From contig JAQGDQ010000432.1 in the NCBI GenBank assembly GCA_030141605.1, positions 134,731-198,730 of the forward strand: a stretch of 64,000 nt of DNA, written 5' to 3'. A model generated the notes under the pieces. It was not told the DNA's origin and made no database searches. It saw only the letters and a list, made by a program, of their open reading frames with translations. The stretch comes from Tubiluchus corallicola (Eukaryota > Animalia > Priapulida). The position numbers and the translations under genes were made by a program. How positions within the stretch are numbered: the stretch's first letter is position 1; each line of letters opens with the position of its first letter. This document shows, one piece after another, positions 24,105 through 37,000 of this stretch.

Positions 24105-25976
24105 ACAATTCTTTTATTACTTATTGGTAGCAATCTACCAATTCCCTTTGGAATTCCCCATCCATGCTACTGCGATCTCCAAGGAAGGCTTTAGTTTAAA
24201 TTAGTGAAAACCACTTAGACCAGGCCCTATCCCGACTATAAGCAATGGCTCCCAACTTCCCACTACAGTCCTTATAGAGCTTTAAAGAAAACAATATCGT
24301 TTTTCAGCTTATTATCTTATTTTGAAAGTTCTATCCTTTATTTATGGAACGGCAGTCACGACCTTTAAAGCTGTCATTATGAGTCTAATAACAGCAGACT
24401 ACTCAAGCCGAACACAGGAAGTTCAATAATCTATATCTCTTGCTTATTCCCTTCGCAATCCCCCCTCTTTACCTTGTGTTTGCCATCACAGGAAATTCTT
24501 GTTCAGTGACGACGCTGCGCCGTGCTGCAGCAGCAGCTGAGAGCCATAATCTATAATCTACAGGTAGCAGCGCAGTAGTACAGGTGGGCTAGCCTACAGG
24601 ATGTAATTTTATAACAGGATTGATTCTGAGATTCCAAGTTTTTCTAATTTCCTGGATGCAGTAGCGTGCGTGCCGTGTTGTTGTAAACAGCTTTTTGTGC
24701 TCCAGTGGGAAGTCATATTGAACCACTGCTTCGAGTTTGCTCGGGTGTATTAGCTGTACGGTGTTGAAGAGACGTTATTTTAGTGCAGGTAACAACGCTT
24801 ACCGTTACAAGTACATACCTCTAGTGTAAATTCTACACGATGTGATAATATCATCCCGGTATTAGTGTGGCTGAACAGTTGAACTGTATATCTTAGTATC
24901 TGGCGGAGTTATTAATTAGTCTATGAAATCAACAGATGCTGTGATACGACTGAACTCTGTAAGCATGTAAATGTTTTTTCATTTCATGATGGTTGATGCA
25001 TTTAGAGTGCCGATTATTAAGCTAATGTTGTTTGTTTGTTTATTTATTGTTTGTTGTCTTAAAGTAAACATTAGGGTGCGGCGCATGCGTGTTGTTGTTA
25101 AGCTGCTTGATTCCTTGACATGTTGCGTTACAAAGCGCAGCTGACGGTAAAGACTGAGGAGCGTTTCTTTACTATTTTTTACTTGTTAGTCACAAATTAT
25201 ATGCATTTGTACACAAGTAAAAAGTAGGCAAAAAATTATGAAGTCATGATTAATACGAAGGTTAAGCCTACGAATGGATGACAGGAAGGAACTAAATCCT
25301 CAAACAAGTCACAGCCTGTCATCCAGCCAGATGTAGGTACATACTACATAATATTAAAATAAAAATTAAAATATCTTAAAAATTACGTATGTTTAAAGAA
25401 ATTTACACGAATTTTTCTAAAGATAATCACAAATAAAATAAGTGACAAATAAAAGACAAGCTGCAAATAAAATTAAATGCTAAAAGTAGAAAAACTGTGG
25501 TTTACGAGGCCTAAGATTACAAAGCGTGTCCTTTGAACTATAAAATGACGAAAGTTTTAATTCAGTTTTGTATGTAGATAATAGAAATAGTTGTGCAGGT
25601 GAGCCTGGTCCGAAAAATAAACACACGTGTAACATGAATATGTCATACACACAAACAACACACTGTCAGTTCTACTGGTGAAAGCAGTTTAATAGTGCTA
25701 GTCGTTGTAAGTAGCCTAGGTATTGAAGCTTAATGGCTCCTTTGTACCTGTGATCTTATTATTATACAGTCACATTGATGCTGATGGGAAATGTCACCTG
25801 TTTATTCATAATAATAAATGGGTAAGGAGGTTGTGTAGGCTGTTCGTTTAGCTTGTGAATAATATGACCTTTCTCATGTAATAATATGATGTTTTCTGTG
25901 CTGTCCAAACCTGTCTTTGAGTTCAGTCACTTGAGTGTGTCTTTATTTACTGTTATTCTTCGTTATTTTCAGCACG

Positions 25977-28900
25977 ATGACCGGGGTGGATGATGGTGGT
26001 GACTCCAACGCAGCCACTGACATCAAGAGCCCGAATGACGATGACGCCAGTACCGATCCGGAGCTCAAGTGCGACGAGTGCAACTTCGTAGCTGAAGACG
26101 AGGACTCCTTGTTGGCTCACCGGACCATCCATGATATTATAGACTCAGAGGTACCATAAAGACCCCATCTTTAGCTTTGTTGCTAGTTCATACAGCTGCA
26201 TATCATAGTATTAATAACTGTATATGTAGTTAAAAGGTCAGCATTATAATAAAATTGAAGGATTGTATTCAATTAGTTGTACATATAAGTTGCATATATT
26301 TGAGCCTTGGATATTCAGGGACACCATGATTATTTTATAGCCCATTGTACCAGCAGTAAAAATACAATGTCGTATCTTCCTCAAAATATGCATGTAGATA
26401 AGTTGCCATTAAAAATGAATCTGTGTTTGTGTGTTGACAAAGGCATTTAACCCTTTCAGTCCCTAAATAAAAAAAACTTTTTTTGGCTTGGTACTTTTGT
26501 TCAGTAGGTCCATCTTGTTTACACATAATAATCATTTTTTCTACCTGTGCCCGCGTGCTAAATGTAGCCTGTATCCCACGGGATACATTGGGATTCAATG
26601 GAAGCATAAAATGTCCTTCATTTTGCAACTGCTGATAATTTTTTGAAGTATTTAAGACATTTAGTATGTGTGCTATGCTGATCTGTACAAAGTCATCTCT
26701 AAAGTACTGCACCTTGCGCAGTTTTTTATGCTATGTAGATTTTCTAGTTTGCCATTTTATCACCATTTTTTGTCTATTGTTATTGGCTTAAATCAAAATA
26801 ACTATTAACAGATCAAATAAATGTCAGTTTTAAAATTTTATTAATTTTAAAGGCAGAAAACATTCTCGTATCCCATGGGATACAACGGGTATGAAAGGGT
26901 TAATAACAAAGTCTTTACGAATTACCAAGGTAGGAGTTTTTGATTTTTGGGTTCTGACCAACAGGATAGGCAATATGGAAGACGGGCTATTGTTACCCTA
27001 ATTTCCACTGTGTCAATCTCTCCAGTAACTACTGTGTAACGTAATTACCTGAGCAATTAGATGATGTCAATAATAAATCCACATACTTCATAAGGAAGCA
27101 GCAGTTGTTATTTTTGGTGACAATATCCACTTGAGCTATTAGACCAGCCTAGCAGAGCTGGCTTGAATTATCCTCCTTGTACTACACAATCAGTCACAGA
27201 ACAACTTACCTGACTAAAGTAAGTTTAAGGTTAAGGCCTATATTTTGCATCACTTTAAAGGACCAGCAAATAGTTTATCGTATATAATTTATCTGAGATA
27301 CGTATAATTTATCTGAGCAGCATCCCGAGATTTTATAGAAAAGACAGATTAGAATTCTTCATTTCTTATTTGAGTGCTGGTATTATTATTTTTTATAAAC
27401 TTGTTATTTCTTTGGCTCAACAAATTGCTCCAGTGTTCTTTACAGAAATACTTTGCGTATAAGTGTGTGAAAATGTCAGCTAATGGCCTTCTTATGCAGA
27501 GTGATTTTCCTTTGAAAAGTGGCAGGAATAATATTTTGAATTTTCCAATGACTAGACACATCATTGTACCATGACATTATTTACAGTATGACTTTATTAT
27601 TAGGCTTTAGTGACTTACGGGATGTCAAACTTGCTGTCACTCTCCCTGGAAGAGTTCACTTTCTTCCCACGTGAAACTCAGATTAACACTTTACTTCACC
27701 GAGACATTGTTTATTAAATCTTTGTCAGTCTTTCTGGTTCGTTTGTTTACTGTTGAACTTCTGCTCTTTTTAAAATTGGCAGTTGAACGCTTGTCGTTTT
27801 GCAGCATTTAAACTTGTACGGAGTTTATCCTCGTGTTGGTTTTTGTTGACCCATCAACTCACGTCAGAGCGTCGTGCTTGGTTAAATGCCTGCTCTCAAA
27901 TCCAGTTCAGCCTGCCTGTGCAACCTGGTACATGCGGGTACAATATCCCCAAATTGCGCCTCGACTTCCCCCCCATTCAGGACAGGGTGATTACCCAAGA
28001 TGGCTGTTGAATTCAACTCACCGCAAGAGTTTGTTTTCATTGGTATGAGTCATTTGTACGAGCGTTTACGTTCAAGCTCACATTAAAGTATCTATAACCC
28101 ACTTCCTGTTTTAATCCACGTCCTCCCTGCTATGTTCTTCTTTTCTTTTGCCTCAACCTACTTCCACTCAGGAGGCGCGATTCAGCTTTTTCGGGTCATG
28201 TGTAGTTCTTTGTGGGGCGGCTGTAGGTTCAGTTTTCTTTTATGAGGGCGCGATGGTCGCACATCGAAGAATTGTCGTTCGTATTCGAAATACGGGAAAG
28301 AATTTATCAGAAAGTTGCACTCTTTACGTCAAAATGAAAGTAATGTTGTATGAAGTTTTTTTAAACGTGAATTGATTGGTTAAATGTTCAATTATAAAAC
28401 ACCTTCAAGATAAATAAGTTTTATAACCCTCATATCTTATACAGCCGTAGCTAAAATTACATAACACTTGTAAACAAACAGTGTAGCAACTGGCTAAGTG
28501 GATCTTTTATTTCTGTTTTTGTTTGTTTGTTTGTTGTTCATGTGCACTTTCTTTTTGTTTTTTACGGGACGGTGTGTGTATTTATACTTATATTATATAC
28601 TTTATACAGTTATATACTTTATATTAAAAATATTATATACTTTATACACTTATGTAGTTTATATTAAAAGAGGAATCTATTACTTATTCAAAGGTAAATG
28701 GCAATAAAAAGTCAGATTTTGTTTTTAATCTCTTTCGTTTCTTCTGCATTTTTTTACCGTCTGCTTTTTCCATGATTTCTGGATCCGCCACCGTGCCTTT
28801 CTTTAGTTTAAAGTAGGGCATCTCTACGTTACACCTGGCATTATTGTTTCCCTTCTGCCGAAATTACTGTAATAAAGTCAACTTGCGAGCTATGAAATAT

Positions 28901-31900
28901 TTGATAGACGTATGAGGGTTATAATAATAATAACAATATCTGTCCCCCTGCTCACTGGGCTGGTCAACTTAATTGGACAAAAACACTGTTATTAATGCGT
29001 TATGTTCCGCTATGCTGGAGTGGCATTGTGATTGATATTTCCAGAAAACAGTCCATATTACCTGAGACTTGAAATCAAGTTTTCTACGGAGCGTACCTGT
29101 AAGGTGTGTGACGTACAGTTTGAGCGTGTGGAATTCCTCATGGGTTATTGAACCCGCTAGCCTGAGCCAGGGAGTCGTGTACATTCATCATTCACGCTAA
29201 TAATCCCTCGGGACACTTCCTGGATTATAGGCGGGATCTTTTCGACGTGTACAATAGGGGTCTATTATTTAGCTGATTGTAATGTCGAGTATTAAAACAG
29301 GGTTTACCAGTTCACAGCCGTCATTTCGTTAGTAAATGCCGTTATTATTTAAACGGTTACGGTCAGTGTAGTTTGGCGGACACGCGATAAATCCTTCCCT
29401 GTAACTTGTTTTTCAAAAATGTTCTAACGTACAGTAAAATCACCAAAGATTTACTAACGATAAATCACTCGTATTTGTTTGTTTGTTTGTTTTCAGAATA
29501 GTGAATATTTCTCTAATGTTTCTGATATACATTCCTACTCCACAAGAGCTGCTTCTAATGAACAGTATTTTGTGGAGAGATTTTTTTACCCGACATGCTT
29601 TCAATAGCTTAAAATCACGAGGAGTTAAATTATGGAACTCGTTGCCAAAAGATACCTTTGAAGGTAGCTTATTTTCTGCTTCCAAAAAATACACAAAATT
29701 CTTACTAAATGAATATATCTGTAGTTCATAACTTGTAAGACTAATAAGCAAGCTAGCAAGTTTTTTTCTCGTCATCTCCTAAGTAATTGTTGCTCTTTCT
29801 TATACTTACTTTTTCTCTTAAATTTTTCTATATTACACTTTTTTTGATACTTATTTTATCTCTCCATACTCTCAGTTTTTTTAACTTTACTCACTAACCT
29901 TGGTCAAATTCCCCTGTCAATAAGACCCCTATTTGAAAATATATATAATAATCATAATTACTGATTAATTGTATTGTTTTGTTTAGATTTAGGTATCATC
30001 TAACTTTATTATTTTTTGTTTTCACTTATACTGTTTTCATTTATACTTTGTTTTCATTTATACTGTTTTTTATTATTATTTTTTCTTATTTGTTTTTGTT
30101 TTTGTTATCTGCAGCCTCACCATTTATTTTTAATATACTAATTTAATTATAAGATAGGGCAGGAAACTAGATAACCCTATGGTCCTTCCCTGCCCTGCTC
30201 CACGATTATAATTACGTAATATTTAAAAAACTCGTTATGTCAAACAAATTGGAGAAAATAAATGTTCTATGTATGTCAGATGCCGAGTTAGTTGACTCTG
30301 TCAGTGTATTAAAATTTTACAGTTTTGACTCAGAGCTGATTTTTCAGCCCTGCATTGCAGTTTTATGCTTCGTGACTAGAAAGGGTAGGAATGACTACCT
30401 TCAATGTTACACCAGTCGTGACTCAAAACGATTTCCCACTTAAGGCAGCGTGTTTTATCTAGGGACTGGGCGATCTCATTGAGCGCTTGGAACTTAAGCT
30501 TTTTAAAATGTATTACTTGTATTAATTTGTGATGTACAAAAAACAGTTTGAGTTGCTTGAAGGTGAGTTGCTGGAAAACAGACAGCGATTACACTGCCTG
30601 AGAATTGGGCTGAGTTATTGTAGCCGCTTTTAGTTTTACCTGATTTCCAATTAAGATTGTTCCTATGCTTTCTGCTGGAAACTTCCCACGCTAGTCCAAG
30701 TACATTGACCGCGCCCGACCATTGTCCAGCATAAAATAAGTCTGGATAAGTGGTCATTCTTGCATGTGTGTGGTTCCCTTAAACTCTTAGCTACAGTTAA
30801 TAAGCTAGCCACTGTCATTGAATGATTTTATTAGCTTTGCACAGAATGCATTTACTACAGGTTTGGCGAGATTAGAGTGATTAGACAGAGTATTATTGCT
30901 TGTTGTTGATTACCGTCTCAAAGGCCCAAATTTCTCCAGTCACGTGATGTGTATTGGTTTTATAGTGTTCAAACCTTTTCTTTGGGCCATTTTTGTAAAT
31001 ATTCCTTGTTTTAACTAACTGATATTTTTGTGAGCGTGACTTCCGTTAATATGATAAGGCTTTAAGGTCGAAAATAAGTGTGAAACGAGCCTAACATTTT
31101 GTTCAGGCACTGATTCGTCTGAGCAAGGCGTTTTCAAAATGCGTGTGATAGTATTTTATACGTTATGGTATGGTAAGTCGCACGGAAAAAAGTCATGGAA
31201 AAGAAGTCACAGTTTTGACCGGGAAAACGGCACAGGAAGAAAGGTTACAATTAATTTTTGTTAGGGTTAGGGTTGAGTATTTTCTTTTTTCCTGTGCCTT
31301 TTTTTAGGATTTGGTTTATTTCTTTTCTGCCTTTTTTCCTGTGTCTTTTTACCTGTGGCTTTTTTCCTGTGTCTTTTTACCTGTGGCTTTTTTTCCTGTG
31401 ACTTTTGACCTGTGACATTTGACCTATGACTTTTTACCTGTCACTTTTTTCCTGCGACTTTTGACCTGTGACATTTGACCTATGACTTTTTACCTGTCAC
31501 TTTTTTCCTGTGACTTTTGACCTGTGACATTTGACCTATGACTTTTTACCTGTCACTTTTTTCCTGTGACTTTTGACCTGTGACATTTGACCTATGACTT
31601 TTTACCTGTCACTTTTTTCCTGCGACTTTTTACCTGTCTTTTTACCTGTGACTTTTTCCTGTGTCTTTTTACCTGCGACTTTTCACCTGTCACTTTTGAC
31701 CTATAACTTTTTATCTGTGTCTTACCTGTGTCTTTTTAAATGCGACGTTTTACCAGTGACTTTTGACCTATGACTTTTTACCAATGTCTTTATACCTGCG
31801 ACTTTTTACCTGTGACTTTTCTCCTGTGACTTTTGACCTGTGACTTTTTACCTGTGTTTTTTTACCTGTGACTTTTTCCTCTGACTTTTACTTTTACCTG

Positions 31901-33994
31901 TGACTTTTTCCTGTGACTTTTACCTGTGACTTTTTTGCTGTGACTTTTGACCTGTAACTTTTAACCTGTGTCTTTTCACCTGTGACTTTTTCCTGTGACT
32001 TTTACCTGTGACTTTTTTCCTGTGTCTTTTGACCTATGACGTTTTGCCTGTGACTTTTTTACTGCCACTTTTCATCTGTGACTTCTTACCTGGATTCGGT
32101 TTTAATTACCATATCAGCTTCAATGAAATCTATAATAAAATGCTTCTAAGCATCAAACTTATGTAATTATCTCTTCTAAGTATCAAACTTATGTAATTAA
32201 CAGGCACTTTTATCTATATTATGAAAGTAACAGGCACTTTTATCTATATTATGAAAGTAACAGGCACTTTTATCAGTTTAGTAATAAATAATTATCTAAG
32301 TGATGGCAAAACATAGCTCGAAACGTTTGCAACATACCTACCCTGCAGAGGAATATGGACAAATGGAACTTCACATATTCCTACCACAATCTACACTCCT
32401 CCGAAAACTTCGTAATAAAAAACGGTTTTTTGATGCGTCATTATAAATACAGTGAAATCTAATACGACATTGACATTGTTGCGCTGAGTTATTTATATTA
32501 ATATACGCACAAGGTTTTGCAGTCTAGAAGGCTAAAACTGGCTGGCTAATGGCTATAATTCTTCCCTAGGCTACGTTTAACGACGCATTTCATTACTTGA
32601 CTGGTAGAAGAGTTTTAAGGAAATTGTTGCCGAGTGGGATATTAAAGTTAGAATAGCAGTTGACGAAATGGTCGTTTAATCACCCGCGAACTTTGTGTTG
32701 TTAACGCATTGCAAAGAAGATACCAGTATTAAATATCCCGAGGCTTGATGGCATAAAACGTACCTCCTCGGAATTTACTTCCTATTCGCCACCCCTCTTT
32801 GCCCTTTTTAGAAAGAGAGAGACCCGTGAAGACAAATGTATAGTTGCTGGTCAATGTCCGCCAATGCAAGGAAAAGCGGCATTATGGGGCTGTGTGCAGG
32901 GAATCGTATAGAAAAGCATGAAATAAAATTGTTTGAACTTATCCCGTCTGAAACAGCACTTCTAATGTTTGTTGTCCTTTCTGGCAAGATGGATGAAGTT
33001 GAGCTAGGCTCCTAAGTGGTCTACTTGGCACAATAACTTTGTTTTCTGGTGCTTATAAGAATGAGGTTCTTGAGTGTTAAGATAATTGTTTTAAAGAAAA
33101 CAAAAAAAATGAAGAAAGTTGTGAGAGAGGGACGTGGAATGTTGGGAAGCTAGAAAATGGACAGAAGGTAAAAGAGGCATTACATAGATAGAAAAAAGAG
33201 GCTTTACGTAGATAGAAAAAGGAGGCATTACGTAGATAGAAAAAGGAGGCATTACATAGATAGAAAAAAGAGGCATTACATAGATAGAAAAAAGAGGCAA
33301 TACATAGATAGAAAAAAGAGGCATTACGTAGATAGAAAAAAGAGGGATTATATAGATAGAAAAAAGAGGCATTATATAAGCTAGTAGGGATGTGAGCGAA
33401 ATATGAGCGTGCCAATGGAAGAAAAAGAGACAGGTTTGATGAAAAGGAAAGATGGTGGGTACTGGGTAGTTAAACCTAAAAAGAGAGGGAGAGGAAGAAT
33501 GGGTGGGAATAATAGTTTGCGGGTTAACGCCCTCTCGCATTGTGTTGAACGTTTTTGAGGAAGAGGAGCACCTGAGTTTACTTCCTTTGAACGAACCCAC
33601 TGCATCTTTTGTGTGCAAAGATTTTAATGCTTTCCATTCAGGCAGTGATTAAATATATTAGCCAGATGTAAATAGATGGGTTTTGATAGCACGTTTAGGA
33701 TAGGAATGCATGACTGGTTGTTGTGAGGTTCATGACTAGAGGATGCGAGGTTGTTAACTGACCTTTCACCAGCGTTTTCCTTGCTTGCAAAGCTCTACGT
33801 GTGAAGTGCAAACAAATATTAATAACCAAGGAGATTATGTTTAATTAGTATACGGCTAGTGTAAATAATAACAATCTTTCGCTGGAACTTTTGCGTCAAG
33901 CTTATACCGTGTATTATTAATTCATTTTTCGTAATCAGTTCAGTGTCGTATAGATTCTTCTGACTATCGTTTTAGTTTATAAAACAATTGCAAA

Positions 33995-34048
<54 letters not shown>

Positions 34049-37000
34049 AGTTGTTGTTACACAGTTAGAATTTGGGTTGGAATATAGAACAGTTTCCAAA
34101 AATTCAAGTTTCGTTTAGTTTAAAAGAGTGTCAGAAGTTTGTTTTCAAATAAAAGCATTATGTCGTTTTAAAAATGTTTTATTGATACTTAGTTGGTTAG
34201 TTAGTTAGTTAATTAGTTCGCGAATGAGTGGGTGAGTGAGTGAGTGAGTGAGTCAGTCAGTCAGTTAGTTAGTCAATTTGTTTTTTATTTTGGTAGTTTC
34301 TCTATTATATATCAGCATAGAGTGGAAAAAATCATTTGACTATTTTAAATATAAAGCGCAAGGAAAGTTTAAAATACGTGTTCTTCAATAATGTGCAAAT
34401 TCGGCCAGTAGGAGGCAGCACAAGTTTGCGTGTTTTCATACTGTGTTGATGGATAGACCAGGAGAGTGATCTAAATATCCAATATCCGTTTAAATTACTT
34501 ACTGGTTGAGTGCAGCTGAGAGAAATAAAAATCACGTGCAGTTATTGTTTCATACGCCTGCTCACACGTCCCCGTTAATTATACATGCAAGTTGAAAATT
34601 AGCATTTGTTACATCGTGTCGACGACTAATAGTAGTTCATTTCCATTCTAATGACTGCGTTTCATTCTGGCCTGTCATTGGACGGGTTCAACTATGGTGA
34701 TAGCTAGAGGGTGCATTTCAAATGAACTCTGTCCCTTTACCTGTGTGGGGTGGATCTATGCCCGATCAACCACAACCTTGATTAAGCAATCAGCAGTTGC
34801 AAGTGTGCTTCCACCACCAGTTTTCTGGATTCTAAAAAACTATTCTTGTTAGTTCATACTGCGTCATTTGCTTAGATGTGTTTTGTTGCAGTAACCATGG
34901 TTTAAGCTGGCACCCTTAGCTTAGCCTGCCTGCAAGTGGTTTGTTCCTAGTGCTGTGTATCATCACGTCCTGTCTCTTGATACAGCAAGTCAACCAAGGA
35001 AGGCTGTTAACTCTAGGAAGACTTTGACCCCCGCCTTCCATTTGCTAGTCTTAGTTTTGCCTGGTGTATTTGCCTAGCACAAAAAGTGCAGATTTTTCAA
35101 AATGATAACAGCAACCCAGTCGCCAGCCATTTTAACCTGTTGTTTTGCCTCTCCTTGATCTTTATTTAACAACTTGATTTGATTTGAAATAATGCAGTTT
35201 CATTGTCTTTCATTAGAACGCTTATTGTGAAAAAGGTGAGCTGTGTCTGCTTGGAACCGATTGTTTGATTCGAATCTTTTCAAATTACTTTATCCTGTGT
35301 AATTCATTTAAGTGTGAAACCAGGTCGCTGAAGTTAATTAGTGTTGTAGCAAAATTGGTATGATTTAAAAGCATAATATTGAAGTTGATTGTAACGTTTT
35401 CTAAATAATTGAGTTATTAATGTCCTGCATTTTCAATTTTAAATTTAATAGTTTTTTAAAAGTGTTTCATCCTTTGGGTTTAGTTTGCTTTCCTGGTTTC
35501 CCAATTAGGTTTTACTGCTGAATTTGTTATATTTGCCTTTTTTCATGAAAAAGGTTATAGTGAAATGGTATAATGTATTTACTTTTACAAGTTTGCTGCT
35601 TTAGTTTTATATAAATAAATAAATATATATATATATAGCAAGCAATTGAGAATTTTGAAATTTTTAGAATCACTACCACCAAACGTTTTTTCCTGCAATT
35701 TTAATGTAACTGAGAATTGCATTCAAAATTTTTATTGGATGTAATTAAGTAGAACATCCACCCACATTTTTGGCTGTTTTTAAAACGTGAACTTCACTGT
35801 TATGTTTTTTCAGGATTGTGCGAAATATGTGAATAACTCTCTAGTTGAGGGCGAAGACATTGGATACTCGAACGACAGTTTTCATAGCAACGAAGAGCAG
35901 GTACTGAGTTTTACACCGCAATCATGTTGTGAGTAACTATTGCTATTGGCACCGTAAAGAATTGCTAAGTTGGTTAGGTTGTGAAGTAAAAGTCTAGGGA
36001 TCTCAAGTTCGATACTCGTGTTGGTTGTTCCGATTTGGTGTCCTTCAGAAGTGTGGCTAGTTGACTAGCATTGCTTCCACCGTGCCTTGGCGGTTAACGA
36101 GGAAGAAGGATTAGGAGATAGTGACATGTGTCTTTCAAATGTTAATACTGAATTATGTGGATGCAGAGAGTTTGGTCAATAATGTATTAACGTGATAAAC
36201 AAATAACATAAGAATTCTAGTATCACTACCAATTTCGTCTTTTGATTACTGAAATATCAGTAACTGCAGTTGATCAGTCTTGCAGTGCTCGTAAAAATTC
36301 TGCTTGTCTGCAGTTATGAAATGTGCATGATTCTTGCAAACATCACAGAGCACTCATGATATGCTTCTTTTGATTGTTGGATGTAGTCAGGTCTCTGTAG
36401 CACATTGTAAAGCTTCCACCTTGAGATCACTTCAACCAAGCTGCACTTTTATTTTTTCAAAATGTTCAGCAAGCATAGTGACACTACACATTGTCAGCTA
36501 CGACGTGAGACAAAGTAACTTTGGTTAGCCCAGTATCTGCTCCCGGGGTGAACATTTCTGTTGCAGAAATAAAGAGTTGGTCTTATGCCACCTGATGCGA
36601 ACACTGCCAAACAGACTTGGCTTTTGAGAACACTAACTTGTGCAGAGAAAAAAACCTAGGTGTAAAATGTTATCTATGCTTATTTGTTTATTTGTTTGTG
36701 TTTACTCTTCAGGTTGTGAGCAAGATGAATGGCATCATGTCACTTCCTATGATCGGAGACGCTAACATTCAGGCTCCCCGGCCTGACTTGCAGTGCTCGC
36801 TGTGCGAATATGTGGCTTTCACTGATGCAAACCTTTCATCGCACATGAAAACGCATCAGACAAGAAAGTCCTACACGTGTGACGTCTGCGGAATGAGGTG
36901 ACTGCATGACATTGCTTGTGTTGCTACCAAAACTTTTATACCCTCTGCATTGTAACATATCCTGGTTTTATGCACTGTGTTATGTGCTGTGTAGCTTGGT

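Noticed and set aside
25274-25325. Perfect 11-bp inverted repeat tggatgacagg / cctgtcatcca as a possible miRNA precursor
   Set aside because: The stem is too short and the loop large; the context resembles the 3' stem-loop of a minus-strand LINE remnant.
31261-31273. Interstitial telomere or telomerase RNA template (ttagggttaggg; also cctaat repeats at 1975-1995)
   Set aside because: Only two units, embedded in a transposon-like element; no pseudoknot or H/ACA context seen.
32295-32330. Hammerhead-like ctaagtgatg..tcgaaacgttt
   Set aside because: The core CUGANGA is not intact and stems I/II are unconvincing; at most a decayed Penelope remnant.
33077-33618. Minus-strand ORFs of 112 and 175 aa
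   Set aside because: They are products of the 24-bp minisatellite and purine-rich flanks.
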